A stretch of 63,455 nt of DNA, the filler included, from Octopus bimaculoides (taxonomy: Eukaryota), in NCBI RefSeq assembly GCF_001194135.2. It is 7 parts of 6 records of this genome, joined end to end, with 100 filler letters (N's around TTAATTAATTAA, not from the genome) between each part and the next. Parts side by side here need not be neighbours in the genome. Positions count along the whole stretch, not along the records: positions 26,236 to 47,206 come from NC_068982.1; 6 more parts are not named here. One strand, 5' to 3'. The notes under the pieces were generated by a model, which ran no database searches, was not told where the DNA came from, and saw only the letters and a program-made list of their open reading frames with translations. Of the stretch, positions 28,087 through 42,186 are shown piece after piece. Numbering within the stretch: position 1 is the stretch's first letter; every line of letters begins with the position of its first letter. The position numbers were made by a program, and so were the translations under genes.

Positions 28087-29755
28087 CTGTGGAAGCCACG
28101 AGCATAACTTCTTTTCTCAGACCAAAACAATATAGAGATTTGTACGTTAATGATCTTTTTTTTCATTCGAACAATGCAACATTCTGAGTAGCAAATAAAG
28201 TGCATTATTTTTTAAATTAAAATATAAACTCAATGAATGCGTTAACTTTTCCTAACGTCTGAAAATTATGCTTCATTACTCCTTCTGTCTCCCTATCTTT
28301 CGCGCTCCCTCTTTTCATACATATATATAAAGAGAGAAAGAAAGAGGTTGATAGACAGGTAGCTAGACATGTAGACAGGTAAAAAGAACGGGGAGGAAAT
28401 AAGAAAAATACAAATAATAAAATCATGACAACTCTCACAGAATACATAAAGTAAGGGGCTAATTATTCAACCAGAACTGAACTACTTTAAACATAGTACC
28501 TGATGTTTTAATCAGCTACGCATGAATTAAAGCAGCAGCACGAGTTGTTCAATACTAACAGATCTTACTGTGAATTACAGGAAACTATTTTTGTAGTGAC
28601 AGAATTTTTTTTTCACCAAGAACGATGTGTCTAATATCATATTTACAATTTGTCGATAATTAGTTTCGATACACAGAGCTTGTATTTAATCTTTTGAGAG
28701 AAACTCACATCGAATTAGTAAATAATGTCGACACCACATGTCGTACTAATTTCTGTCATTTCTTGTACACTCCTGCTATTATCATCATAAATGTGGGTGA
28801 TTCAGCTAAGACTGAAGGGTTGTGTTACCTTTCAGTAAGAGTTGTCGCTAAAAACACTACAATATTGGTTTGTTTCAACACTTTTAAGTTGTGGATGTAA
28901 AAGAAATATGACATTTATTGCTTTTCTGAGAGATTTATTTGCGTAAGTGGATATAATTACTTTCCAGTGTGAATTTCTATCTCACTGAAATGGCAAATAT
29001 CTGGGAAATAATCTGATGGTGTAGATTGCGTGTCATGTGTCGTTACTACTTTGCAGTGTAAATCCCACCCCCTGCATAAAGTCATCTAAAAACCTAATGC
29101 TGTTGGGAAAGACATATTGCAGAATATCCTATTTACTTCCTACCCCAAATCATAGCCTTTACTCTATCTTTGAAAACAACAAATATGTATAAGGCCCTTG
29201 TGACAAACCCAACAACGCAATACTAACACAGCAGCAAGATAAATTTCCTGTGTGGTTTTACAGTCTACTCAATGTCATTTCTCATTTCTCTCCAATGCTC
29301 TTAAGAGGAAATAGGAATATCACGAACCCCATTTCCCCGTGCCTGTAAATATAGATTGTTTTTATCAGGTTAAATGGAACCAATTCACCAAAACAGTCAA
29401 ATAACCCTTTCTAATTCATATTCTATTCTTCTCATATAACGAAATTTAAGAGCAACTACTATTGTAAATATCATTCAAAACATTTATATTTAAAATATTA
29501 ATGTTACACTGGTAACTTGATATCTACTCACATAATTATGCAACAATATTTCTTACACTAGGTACTTGTTTAGATCAAAATTGGAAGGTTTTTAGTCAGA
29601 AACATCTTCACGATATCGTTAACCGTGGCAAGTGTGTTTTTATCAACTAACTCAGATATAATGTTTGCTGAGTATACAACAATATATTGAACAAATGGTT
29701 TTTGCTTCACAAGTAGTTTTCTCATAACCACAGGAGTTTTCCTCCCTCAACTCAC

Positions 29756-29823
29756 CCAATCCATTTCCATAACATAAATAGGGAGATAAATTATTTTCCG
29801 GTTGTGTTCACCTTTGTAACCCG
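29756..29823 (-). CDS. Candidate 68-nt exon (phase 1 to 0; xGYKGEHNRKIIYLPIYVMEMDW)
   Basis: Acceptor ctgtttctgcaacag|, consensus donor TGG|gtgagt, open frame in unique sequence. Confidence 0.35.
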
Positions 29824-30993
29824 CTGTTGCAGAAACAGCTATTCTTTCAAGCAAAAAAGAGTATGTTAAACAATTCGTTAAAAGACTACGATGTTAAATG
29901 GTATCTCAAAAAGAGCGTGAAAAACAGAAAAATAATGAATTCAACGAAATATTTTATACATTTTCAATCCTCCTTTCAGATTTATTCCCTAAATATACAT
30001 GTGCATAACAAATTATTTCATTGTTTGACTGTATCCACAGAGGAAACTGTTTACTTGAAATAGGCTCATTCGTTTTCTAACTTTATAACTGCAAAGAACC
30101 ATATGCATATGAAGACGTTGATGGTGGGTTTAAATTTAGAGAAAACAATATTTTTAACTTCGCTAAAAATACGGATTTATACTCTTGTTTTAAGCATTGT
30201 TTCGACCTTTGTATAGTTGTACATTGGTTACCATAGAAATAAAATTCTAATTTACTCAAAAATAGCAAATTAACGTGTATTTCCGTTTTTGTATGTGTGA
30301 GAGTTGCATCAACTTAGACATTCCTGTGTTTCGTATTTAAAAAAAAACATTAAAAAAGTTACCTTAAAAACGTTAAATTTCATTCAATCGATTTAGTTGA
30401 GCTGTTATTCTACTTGCAGGTATCATTAAAGCATAGTAATTAGATATATTTCAATAACTGTTCATCACAATTAAACACATTACGCTATAAAATTAAGTAT
30501 ATTAAAATATAATGTACCTAAAAATGTCTGATTGCTTTTAGAATATTACTCAAATACATATAGAAATTTTTTAAGAATGTTTACAATACATGCATGCGTA
30601 TGTGTATGTGTGCGTGTGCGACAGTCTGTGTGTGTATCATTAATAATAATTTTGATATTCAACTGAAAGAACGGGGGATACAAATTTTCTCTCTTTGCTC
30701 GTTGTCCTATTGTAGAATAGTAAATTTCAATAGCATTCTGTAAATTCTTACCGATTTTTGGTTTCTAAATCGTAAGGTTTTTGTCGGTGTATTTATGTAT
30801 GTGCGTGTCCGTGTGTGAAAACATATTAAGAAGCAAGTATTGCTTGGTAATGTATACTATGCTTTCGCTAATTGCTTTAGGTGCCTATGTAATCTCGAGC
30901 AGACTTATACGTCCTCATCCTTTCAACTTTGACCGTGTAGAACATTGAGGATGTAACAACTAAAAGGAAAAATTGTTGTATCAATCCTTGTAT

Positions 30994-31133
30994 GGTACCC
31001 ATTACATCTTAGCAGACTATAGTAATGTGAAACGAAATACCTTGCATAAGGACACAGCACACCGCCCGTCCAGAGATTGAACTTACGACCTTATGGTCAT
31101 GAGCTGAACACCCTGAATACCAAGCTATGCGCC
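30994..31133 (-). mobile_element. tRNA-derived SINE family D
   Basis: Reverse: ggcgcatagcttggtattcagggtgttcagctcatgaccataaggtcgtaagttcaatctc...gtgtccttatgcaaggt...aatgggtacc; homologous to 49371-49527. Confidence 0.7.
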
Positions 31134-31399
31134 ATCATTCTACTTGGGAAAATAAATACCCTAAAATCGGTTTCAAAACATCTTAATTCATCGGTTCAAA
31201 TTACTTCATTCTCGATTTACCATCCGATATTTTTGATTTTAATGCAATGCTTTATATTTTATCTTAAACCGACTGATCACATTCTAAATTACAACATTTA
31301 AATACATAAACACAAAGAAATAAGAAAAGAAAGCATAGAAAAAGGAAAAAGAAAAAGGGATAAACGGTAGAACATGGAGGAAGAGGAGGCAAATGAGTC

Positions 31400-33130
31400 A
31401 CACACCCCAGAACAAATGGTGGGCTCAGCCACACCCCACGGTCTTGAACACCATGGCATTGATCCAGAGAATGCCAGCAACACTTCGTGGGGCTCATTTT
31501 TCCGACAAGCCTCAGTTATCCCGAGTAAATTGGAAGTGCGGGGTCCGAAAAGACCTGAGGCCTCGACGGCGGTTGGCACAAACCGATTGCGACCTGCCAG
31601 ACGCCTGTATTTATTTACTTTTCCCTCTCCAGCTTTACGGGTAGCGACATCTGATTTTGCATCTGGCGCAGCAGGGTTGGAGTGAAAGAACGTTTCACTG
31701 CACGTCGCGTCCCAGATTATGGATCTGCCTCCCTCATATAGGAAGAGAGTTATTCTGTCAGGTTTCTTATCATCTCTGCTTTGAAAGACTACTAGTTCCA
31801 GTCGAGACGAGAAGCTTGTTGCATCGAGGCCCGCTATGTTATTCAGAGTAGTGTGTAGGAAGAATCATCCCGCACTAAGCGCTAAAACTGCAGTTTAATG
31901 GTAGCAAGCCGAACACATCGACTACCGTCCCACAATGACACTAGTGCGGCTCACACGCGGAGACCTAGGCATTAGGCCACTCTAATACGAATGCACTCGT
32001 CATTATCTAAAAGGATAGTGGTAGATGAGGAGGGTACTGAATTGAGCTATGCGCCGCTGCTTGGTTACGAGCGGAGGAAAAGCTGGCAAGGCAGTCGTAA
32101 TCTAATGATGTCTCAATTTGCTCAAAGGTAGACTTGCATCTTATATCATCCCAGTTATGTTGGATATCCGTTTTCTTGGAGACGACAAAGCCTTCAGTGA
32201 TCCAGTCGGCTAGGGCTGACTCTAGTTCCTGGGCGACATCTGATTCGACCATCTTGTGGAGTATCTCATCGATGAGGGTGTGGCAGAAGTATACCGAGGA
32301 CAGATAGACCGGCAGAACCAGACCCAATTCGGAACAGTGACCAAGAACACCGAATCTAACAGGCAGTTTAGCTTGTTGTCAAGTGGCACTGTCAAAACTG
32401 ACATTGCAGATCAGTTCAGCACACAGATGGTGTTATCAATATCACTGAGGTGGTCTCTGAGAGGGTGACATGACGTAATGCGTAGCGAGAAAAGTAACTT
32501 AGGTAGAGTAATGCAATTCCTCAAAAGAGGGTTGAATCTCTCGCTCAACCTGAACAAGTCCGCAAGCTTGGTCTCCGGGCACTCCATTATGGATTTCAGG
32601 ATGATCAAAGATATAAGGATGTAGTCAGCATCTCTCGGTATCGCCCGAGCTTTCGCTCACTGAAGACGGACTAGATGATGAGTATGATGTCCTAAAATTC
32701 AGCCTCACCATAGTTCACATTTATCATCTCCGACTTGGACGGGTGTATCTGAAGCCCGAGAAATTTTAGGGCTGAGATAAGCTGCTGAGGATCCCAAAAG
32801 CAGTCACCCAAGGTCATGTTATCCAGATATCAGACATCGAGTGTGGGCGGATTGATCGGGCAACATCCTCAGCAGCCAACGCAAAAAGGAACGGACCAAG
32901 TGGATCACCCTGCTCGACAATTCAGGATGAAGCAATCCTGTTGCCAGCAGCCAAGAGAAATGAGGGAAGCGTATGCTGTGTAAAAGTGTCTGGCAGCGTT
33001 GGCAGCAGCTTCACATCCACACTTGACTCCCGCCCCCAGCTCGATAGGGCTAAGTACCTCAATCAGCTCATCCCTGACTGATCTACAAGCTAACCTAACT
33101 GTAAGTCGTCGGTAGATGCCTCACTTCTTC
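31400..33130 (-). mobile_element. Decayed CRE-clade-like non-LTR retrotransposon (RT plus restriction-like endonuclease)
   Basis: Minus-strand peptides: LSPIELGAGVKCGCEAAANAAR, EQGDPLGPFLFALA...YLDN (RT); WDDIRC...; AWLNSVPSS..LLDN..IRI; CHCG; DDKKPDRITLF...IIWDATC; KVNKY..F.P.AVEASGLFG (PD-D/ExK REL domain). Multiple stops. Confidence 0.85.
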
Positions 33131-34814
33131 GCTGATGTACAGGGTAAGTACATGAAAATTGCTCTAAAAAGTATTGTCACTGCATCCAAAAATCGCTTTG
33201 CTGAATGTTCAACCTGATTCAAAAGCGAGTGAACAGTATCAGTTTACAAGATATTAGAACATTCCTTTTCTTTCACTGAACAAATTCGATCAAGATATGT
33301 TTGTCCTTGGAAAGCCTTCATATGCTTCAAGGAATACGTTAACTAAAATATATAACAGCAAAAACACTATTGCATAATACACGAAATTGATCACAGATAG
33401 CAGTGCGAGTTTCGATTGTTAACTGGAAACTTGGTAAGAAAACAGTAAGCTAGTTACATTTGCCTAGATCCTATAGGGTACAAATAATATACTCTTCTAA
33501 CTCTTTTACTAGTTCCAGATGTGAGCAGCATGCATGCCAATGTACCGCCGTTATCTTCGTCAAATCCAGTAATTTTGTTACTACTCAAATCCTGTGATGT
33601 AAATTTTCTTATCCAACATGCGAATGTAATTTTTGATATTCTGACGTTGTTAAATATTCTAAAGTTATTCTGCTTGCTTTAAAATAAAAGATGTCTCTAT
33701 TAGAAGGATATGTGGCAATGTGTAAAGACAACAAACTACAAAGTGTTTATTTGAAGCTTACATGCTTTGAATTAGATGAAATATTTATAAGAATATCTTG
33801 TTTTGTTTTTTACAATAATATTTTGCGAGAAAAGAGATATAATGATAACATTAATAAATATAGAAAACATTTCTAACATTTTATTAATAATTTCTAAAAT
33901 TTTATACTGACTTGTCGTAATCCACCATGTTGACAATAATTAATAAGTGCAATGTAGAAATAAAAACGATATTGTAATATATTACAAAGAAATATGTTGT
34001 AAATTAAGCATGGTTATCTAGAGACAAATCAGCGGAATCTGTTGTTAAGAATACATATTAATTCTGATATTATGCTATATTTTTGAGTCATTTAAGATTA
34101 TATGATTGAGGTTACAGAAAATACACATGAGCACAAGAGTGCATAACAGTCAACCAATGTTATTTCAAATATGTTTTTAGTATATACTCACAAGCTATTA
34201 AAAATGTTTACTGTATGAGTGAAATAAAACTATTGACGTCGTTGGAGTATATTTTTATCTCTCATCAATGAATGAATTGTCATGATGCAAATATTTAAAC
34301 TGGCACGTTTGAAAATAGCATACGGCTAAAATATCCCATTATCTTTGGAAACTTAAGAGAGTCATTTATTGCTATCTTGTATACTACATATGGATTGAAA
34401 TGAAGTTTGTAATCAACTCTAAATCTAATTATATACATGGAGATAGACATATGCTTGTAAAGGTATATCTTCGAATCATGCTCTTGATAGATATCTGAGA
34501 AATACATGAGAAGATATATTTCTATTCGATCACGACGAACACTAGTTTCCTGTACTAAAGAAATAAAACTAAATCTACAAGGCCATTGAATTTATTCTTC
34601 TAATAATCACCACTCGGATTATACAAACATTTACAAGGACAAACATGTATATGTAGAGAAATGTTTTCCATAACTCTGCACAGTATGTACACAAATGCAC
34701 ATAAGGATATATTTTTGATCGACAATCAAGAATCGCTACGCTAAAGAAAAGATTATATACTTAAATTCACTTTACATTTATATTTTGAAGCTCTGAATCT
34801 CCGTTGTAGAACTC

Positions 34815-34965
34815 AGCGCGGCTGTGTGGTAAGAAGCTTGCTTCTCAACCACATGGTTCCAGGTTCAGTCCCACTGCGTGGCACCCTGGGCAAGTGTTTT
34901 CTACTACATCTTCGAGCTGACCAAAGCTTTGTGAGTGGATTTGGTAGACGGAAACAACATTCGTA
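34815..34965 (+). mobile_element. SINE family A 5' half
   Basis: gcggctgtgtggtaagaagcttgcttctcaaccacatggttccaggttcagtcccactgcgtggc...ggtagacggaaac. Confidence 0.85.
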
Positions 34966-35232
34966 TATATATATATATATATATNNNNNNNNNNNNNNNN
35001 NNNNNNNNNNNNNNNNNNNNNNNNNNNNNNNNNNNNNNNNNNNNNNNNNNNNNNNNNNNNNNNNNNNNNNNNNNNNNNNNNNNNNNNNNNNNNNNNNNNN
35101 NNNNNNNNNNNNNNNNNNNNNNNNNNNNNNNNNNNNNNNNNNNNNNNNNNNNNNNNNNNNNNNNNNNNNNNNNNNNNNNNNNNNNNNNNNNNNNNNNNNN
35201 NNNNNNNNNNNNNNNTATATATATATATATAT

Positions 35233-35337
35233 GCGGAGGAGTGGCTGCGTGGTAATTAACTTGCTTACTTACCAACCATATAGTTCCGGGTTTAGTCCCA
35301 CTGCGTGGCATCTTGGGCAAGTGTCTTTTACTATTAG
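35233..35337 (+). mobile_element. Second SINE family A head
   Basis: gagtggctgcgtggtaattaacttgctt...tagtcccactgcgtggcatcttgggcaagtgtc. Confidence 0.8.
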
Positions 35338-35649
35338 GTATGCTAATTTCTACGAATCTTTTAATTATTGGGGAAACTCTAGAAGTGACCATTACCTCTG
35401 TCAATGTACCTTTCTAACAATCTAACCTAGCAGTACATAAATTTCTTTCTTCACTTTTTTTTGTCCGTGGATTTCTAATTTGATTATTAGTCAATAGTTG
35501 GTCTCTATAGCTATATGAACTCTATTCTATATAATTTCCGTTCTTCATATAGAATATTTCTGTGGAATTGTTGATACATGTCTTGCCAAGTATGAACATT
35601 ACAGACGTTTAGAAAACGCTAGCAAGTTATGTGATTTGTCTTTAAATTT

Positions 35650-36561
35650 TAGAACCAACCAATTTTGTTTGGCATTTCGCTGCTCGTTGTGTGTAAAATT
35701 ATGAATACTAGTTGGATATTTAATGTGTTAGCCGAAATTCATTATCATAGCAAATGCTTCGTTTTGGAATAGGTGTTGTTCATATTATGGTATACGAGAT
35801 CGTTCTAATTTTAGTTTCAGTATTTTGTGTATTTTGTTTAACGCTCCTCCGATGTTATTCTTATTGCAGTTTATTCGAGATCAATATTGATCGAGCTGAT
35901 ATGTGATGAAATATATTCCCTATGTGAACAATCCGTATTTTCTAAAGAAGATACAAAGGTTCGCATAATTCCACGTATCTTTTTTTTTTATGATCATAGG
36001 GATGTTTGCTGTTCTAGTAGTTCGAGCAGTGAATGGATTTTACTTGACTATTATATCCAGGTGGTTTGCTTTCAATTCTATTTTATAGTCTAGACAGTTC
36101 TTTTCCAGAAATAACAGTATTCCTTTGGAATGTAACAGTTATAACCATATTTACCTTTTGCTGATTTATTATATTTAATTGGGTTGTCTTTAATTCTTCT
36201 ATTTTTGTATCTGTTGAGACCTAAGTATTGATTTTCTGCGTTTCAAATCAAGCCTTCGGTTTTGCCTTCTGTCCAAAGCTCTCGAGCTAATCTTGGCTTC
36301 TTCCTGTAATAACACACTTCTTTGTCAAAGTTTGCAAGATACTGCCTTTTGCAGTTTTACAGGATATTGGTTGTGGAGTGGTTTTATCTGACTTGATTAA
36401 AATATATATATTTTAACTTCATTTTTCTCATTCATTTTTATATGAATGCCGTAATGTGAAGTTTCCTCACTGTACTTAGTTCCTAGATTTTTCCTTATTC
36501 TGAAGGAATCTAGACAGTAGGTTTTTGCTGCATACTTTCAGTAAAATACACACACACACGC

Positions 36562-36612
<51 letters not shown>

Positions 36613-38200
36613 CACACACATATTTATATAAGCTTATATTCTTTAATTCTTATCAGGCTATTTTTCTCACAGTACGCACGGCGTGCATTTTGTTCAGAAA
36701 ACTTCCAATTAGAAGAAGCAGATTATGTTTCGAATAGATAACATATTTCTACATATCTTATTTCTGGTGTTGGATTATTTGTTTCCCAATATTCCACAGG
36801 TTCCTATGTGATATTCGTTTCTAAATTTGTTCCTTTCTTTTCATGATTATATCTACTATTGAGTAATAGTATGCATTCTTCTATTCTTATTTTCTGATTT
36901 CCAATAATTTATCTAAAACTGAAATTTCATTAGTTTGAGTCTTCTTAGAACTGTTTTGATGCATTTATCGAATCTCATTCTCGTGTAAATATCTTTGGTA
37001 ATTTAAAATATAGAAATTTCGAACGGCAGTTGTCACTTTCATGTAATCAGCCATATAGCAAGAAATGATTTAAATTTTACCCCAAAAAATTGTATCTATT
37101 TGGTCGCTTCATTCAACAGACGTGGACGTGGAGTAAGCACTAAATCCAAAAGTGATATTTATGAGCTGTGAATCTCAGGAAATACTTTTCGCTTTTCGCA
37201 GGTATCGGTCCACCTTTAACTATTTTTTCTTAGTTTTGTCGTGTAATTGATGTTCTTTTTTTATTTTGACATGAGCTAGTTGATATACTGCTTCAATTCC
37301 AGTCTGATATGTTTACGCACAGTGTCCCCAATATATCCAGCAGTATGGTATAATGTGGACGGCCTTTCCAGCAACTGATTACTGCTATGTTTAGCGTTAT
37401 TTTCTTTTTCTTTTTACGCTCTTCAATAACTGATCGCTTTGCCAATAATTGTTCGTTACTTTAATACATACCTTCAATCATCTCTTCTGTTTTTCTTTTC
37501 AAAATTTTATCATTTATTTTGTGCTATATAATTTTCTTTTTTTATCAGCATTATTTTTATGCCCTTCTGTTATTATATTTTGCTCTATACTTAATACTAC
37601 TTACTCTCGAGAATTAAAGCCTTTTTTTATACTTTTATCGTTAAAATTCAATGTTCTGGAAGACTGCTTATGCTACGGATATTACATTTCTTATTGTTTA
37701 ACTCCCAGCATATATTCATACTTGTGTGTCATACTATAGTGAGCAATCAAATAAAATATATCTCCGTCGCTTGCAGCCAAATATTATCTGTTGGGTGGGA
37801 GCCATCCTGTCGGAGAGTTTATAGGTTAGGGTTTTCTATATCACTAACAAACAAAATAAATATATGTATTTATTTTACACTCACTAGCATTTTTGAATTA
37901 ATATCCTGTTCTGTTACAATCGGATTTTGATCATAGTGTCTTTTACAATTTTGTTTAAATTTATAGTTATAGCATCACAATCTTAAATGTTGCAATAAGT
38001 GGTGCCTATCGAATTTTAATGCAATCCAGTTGATAATCAACTAGTTTTGTAGGTAAATTTTCTACTGATCATGCTAGGCCCACATTATTGGGATTACTGA
38101 ATCGCTGTTTTATTTATCTATAACACGCATCCCTTATCCCGGCTCCATAGACTGATTCCATATAGTCTACAAAAATGTCTTTTATCTTATGCATTTAGTT
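35650..38200 (-). mobile_element. Highly decayed R4/Dong-like non-LTR retrotransposon
   Basis: Frameshifted minus-strand remnants in RT order: IFGCKR, KKA(F), GDT (QGD-like), LLYMADYMK (LLYMDD-like), then TEGLIxNAENQYL and HLDIIV (PDI-like). Confidence 0.5.
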
Positions 38201-38289
38201 GATTGCACATTATGTATTCACTTGATTACTTTGTAGAAGATAATACTATTTCTCTGAAATAACACACTGCTGGAAGAAGCATTATACAC

Positions 38290-38290
<1 letters not shown>

Positions 38291-38357
<67 letters not shown>

Positions 38358-38366
38358 CAGTAGTAG
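38291..38366. repeat. (TAG)n microsatellite
   Basis: Directly visible. Confidence 0.97.
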
Positions 38367-38940
38367 TTCTGACGTTGAAGATATTATTTTTTACTGCAGC
38401 CCTTAATTATTTATTTTAATCAAAGTATAATGAAATTGAAACTTTTCTTATGTTTCAAGAAATACAAGGTTACTAAGTAACTGATAATATCATTTTATCA
38501 GCATCAACATTTTACTTCTCAATGAAACTATGCGTATATGTCTGCCTAAGCGTCTCGCTGCTAACAACTTCAAGATCATGACCTTCTTATTTAAACAGAA
38601 ATATTTCTAGAAAATTATAACTTCGTCGCCTTTCTTTTAATTCGAAGTATATTATCGTTGCAGCTCATTATTTTTAGGAAACAGATGCCGGTGTTGAATT
38701 TAAACTGGTGCATTTCGGTGTTACTCTAGTTGTCAGTTCCAAGTTGTTTAATATTTTCCTGGTTAATGCCAACTGTAGTTCCCTTCCGTTCGCCAGCGGG
38801 TGGGAAAGAGAAACACACAATTAAAAATCTTACATTGGCTTATAATGCATTGTCAATGTATAGACACACAGGCATATATAGTATACAAATGTGTATGATA
38901 TACATATATGCAAATATATATGTATATACATATATACACT

Positions 38941-40160
38941 TTTCAGGTGGGCTGAAACGTTCACAACTGGATAGAGCTGTGAAATCATGCATGCATCAAT
39001 TCCATCCTTTCTTATTAATAACTGCATCATTTCTTTTCAGGTAAGCTGACATCTTGCAAAAGTAACTACTAGCGACCTCTCTTGAAAATGGACAAAATTT
39101 GGCACTTGGTGTTTTCAAATACCTGAAGAGAAAGGATTTAATTCCAATAACAACATTCATGATGACATGATTGCTACATTACTGGGTGACACACCAGCCG
39201 TATATTAGTGCAAAAGTGGGCGGCTGAATTTAAAAGGGGAAGAGAGATTCTTGAAGATGACATAATGTCTGGACATCCTGCAACTCTCATCACCGAAGAA
39301 ATCATTGTTCGTGTTCACAACATGGTGATGGATGACAGGCGATTGAGTATAAATCAAATAGCCACTGCGATTAGTATGTCTCATGAAAGAGTAGAGAATA
39401 TTCTGCACTATGAGCATGGCATGACGAAAGTTTCTGCTCGGTGGGTGCCAAATCTTTTGACACATGATTAAAAGCGCACCAGGCTGAACACATCACGGGA
39501 AAATTTAACATCCTTTAAGACAGAATCAGCTGATTCTTTGGACGCTTCCGTAACCCAGGATGAGTGTTGGGTTCATCACTTTCAGCTAGAGACAAAGAGA
39601 CAATCCATGCAATGGAAACACCCCTCTTCACCTCATCTAAGGAAGGCCAAGGTCGTTTCATCCGTTGTGAAGATGATGGTCTCAGTTTTTTGGGGCTGCA
39701 AAAGGTATTGTGTTTATTGACTATTTTCGAAAGGGTCTCACCATCAATGGATAGAATATTATGCCAAATTGCTAAAGCAATTACGAAAAACTATTAAAAC
39801 CAAACGCCCCCAAAATCTGAAGAAAATGGTCTTGTTTCATCACAACGATGTTCCAGCACATTGGTCATCGGTTTCCATGACCAATGTGCATGGCTGCATC
39901 CGGCTATCATCTGTTCCAACATGAAAAAGAATTTTGCTGGAAATCAATACCGCAGTCTCAATGACGTTATATCAGCTGTTGATGACTTTTTTTCGCAACA
40001 GGATGAAAATTTCTTCACCAGTGGGATCCAAGCACTGCAACACTGATGGAAAATGTGAGGGGACCGCAAGTGGGACAACGTTTAAAAATAAACCTCATTT
40101 GATCACATTCCATGAGAATATCTTGATCAGTGTATGAACTTTTCAGCCGAACCTCGTATG
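38941..40160 (+). mobile_element. mariner transposon, irritans/Himar1-like, pseudogenised
   Basis: KWAAEFKRGRE..EDD..SGHP, WVPNLLT, VTQDECWVHHF.LETKRQSMQWKH, KMMVSVFW, FHHND; imperfect TIRs ggctgaaacgttca (about 38949) and tgaacttttcagcc (about 40135). Confidence 0.9.
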
Positions 40161-40614
40161 TAAATATGTATATTATCCATGTCTATCATTAACCTCCAGG
40201 AATTCACAGCTAACATTAACTCGTATGAACATATGATATTCATCAGCAAACATTCGCTCAACAAATACGAAGCCGCTATTCTTTTGTGTCTTTGTTTTCT
40301 ACCGTTATTAGGACTCTAGTTGCGCTTAACTAGAAAGCCGTACGCTACCCTACTAAAACGTACTTGCTTAACACTTTTAGTATTCAAAGAAAACGATCAA
40401 CTACCTTAATATACCCAGTCTCGAAACGTCTGCAGCGACTATGTACACAAGCCCGCTTGCTAAGCAAAGGAATGAACCACCCTTATCTCACAATCTCGCT
40501 TAACATTAGATTTTACATTTCCAAGCCAGCCCAACACAACTTCAGCCTAAAAAATCATTATTTTCCCAGGTTAAACTCTAGTTGAATAATATTGATTTTT
40601 AACATAACCACAAT

Positions 40615-40790
40615 GCCACATATTTGATGGGAGGATATAACCGATTAAATTGAAACCAGTACGTGATTAATAAATATTTTGTTGACTCCATACGGAAATA
40701 AAGACAAAACTTGTCGCGACCGGATTAAAACTTCGAACATAAAGGAATGTAACTTAACATTTCAAAACATTTTTTCCGTTGCTTTAATGC
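40615..40790 (-). mobile_element. Very degenerate SINE family C
   Basis: ccagtacgtgatt...gttgactcc..ggaaataaagacaaaacttgtcgcgaccggattaaaacttcgaac parallels the reverse family C body. Confidence 0.4.
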
Positions 40791-41955
40791 TTCATCACTT
40801 TATTTTGAATTAATAACATTTCCTTCGAGCAAGGAATGAACGTCATTCATCCACCTACATGCAAGTTTTCGTACTCTCAGTTAAAAATCAATATTTACTT
40901 AATAGTATTTACATCATTATATACATTTATCACTAAAGTTATTTGGAAATTTATAGACTAAAGCTTCGGGCGATGAAGGCATATTTTATCGCAGTGCATT
41001 CTTCAAACTATTGTTCTTCATCATGACACGAAAATAACTCCATGCTATAGCACAAATCAGGGAAATAACTGGAAAATGGGACGTTGAGAATTATACTCTA
41101 AAAACGTATGTATGTAGAAGCTTCTTTAAACAAAAATTAGATTGCAAACAACTCTGTTACTGTCTTCATTTTAAAATGTTAGATCATAGAATAATTTACT
41201 AAACTGATTTGTATTTCTCTGATGTAAATGAGGAAGATACTCCAGCTAAATATTAGATTTGGGCAGTGTGTTTTAGAATCTGAAAAAATGTCGGATGAAA
41301 GGCTTTGTAGCATTAGTTCAAATGTTGTCGACATAGATTCTTCTATAATATATAAGTTACAAATACAACTCAAATACTGCGGTCGGTTTAATCCAGTTCT
41401 CCCTCATATGAAATCTGGGGCATTGTTGGTGCCTTAAAAACAGTGGATTTAATAATTTTAGGGCAGCAGTGGCCAGCAGATTTTATACAACTTCGGGTTT
41501 AATGCCTGGTGGAATTTCAGCTCTTTGGCATTCTGAGCTCAGTTCTTGGCACCGTGGCTACTGAATTTCAATCTCCTCGGTTCAATAATATANNNNNNNN
41601 NNNNNNNNNNNNNNNNNNNNNNNNNNNNNNNNNNNNNNNNNNNNNNNNNNNNNNNNNNNNNNNNNNNNNNNNNNNNNNNNNNNNNNNNNNNNNNNNNNNN
41701 NNNNNNNNNNNNNNNNNNNNNNNNNNNNNNNNNNNNNNNNNNNNNNNNNNNNNNNNNNNNNNNNNNNNNNNNNNNNNNNNNNNNNNNNNNNNNNNNNNNN
41801 NNNNNNNNNNNNNNNNNNNNNNNNNNNNNNNNNNNNNNNNNNNNNNNNNNNNNNNNNNNNNNNNNNNNNNNNNNNNNNNNNNNNNNNNNNNNNNNNNNNN
41901 NNNNNNNNNNNNNNNNNNNNNNNNNNNNNNNNNNNNNNNNNNNNNNNNNNNNNNN

Positions 41956-42186
41956 TGTATGTGTGTTTGTGTGTCTGTTTGTCGCCCCACCATCGCTTGA
42001 CAACCGATGCTGGTGTGTTTAAGTCCCTATAACTTAGCAGTTTGGCAAAAAGAGACCGATAGAATAAGTACTAGGCTTACAAAGAATAAGTCCTGGGGTC
42101 GATTTGCTCGACTAAAGGTGGTGCTCCAGCATGGCCGCAGTCAAATGACTGAAACAAGTAAAAGAGTAAAAAAGAGTAAAAGAGTA
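41956..42186 (+). mobile_element. SINE family A 3' half (head lost in gap)
   Basis: ccccaccatcgcttgacaaccgatgctgg...gagaccgatagaataagtactaggcttacaaagaataagtcctggggtcgat...gactgaaacaagtaaaagagtaa. Confidence 0.9.

Noticed and set aside
34295-34430. Protein-like minus frame FRVDYKLHFNPYVVYKIAINDSLKFPKIMGYFS
   Set aside because: Poor acceptor, no recognisable domain, length within chance.
39025-39047. Consensus splice-like ttttcag|gtaagc, and a 16-nt pseudo-exon at about 51540-51555
   Set aside because: Both lie inside transposon 5' regions; no support as host exons.
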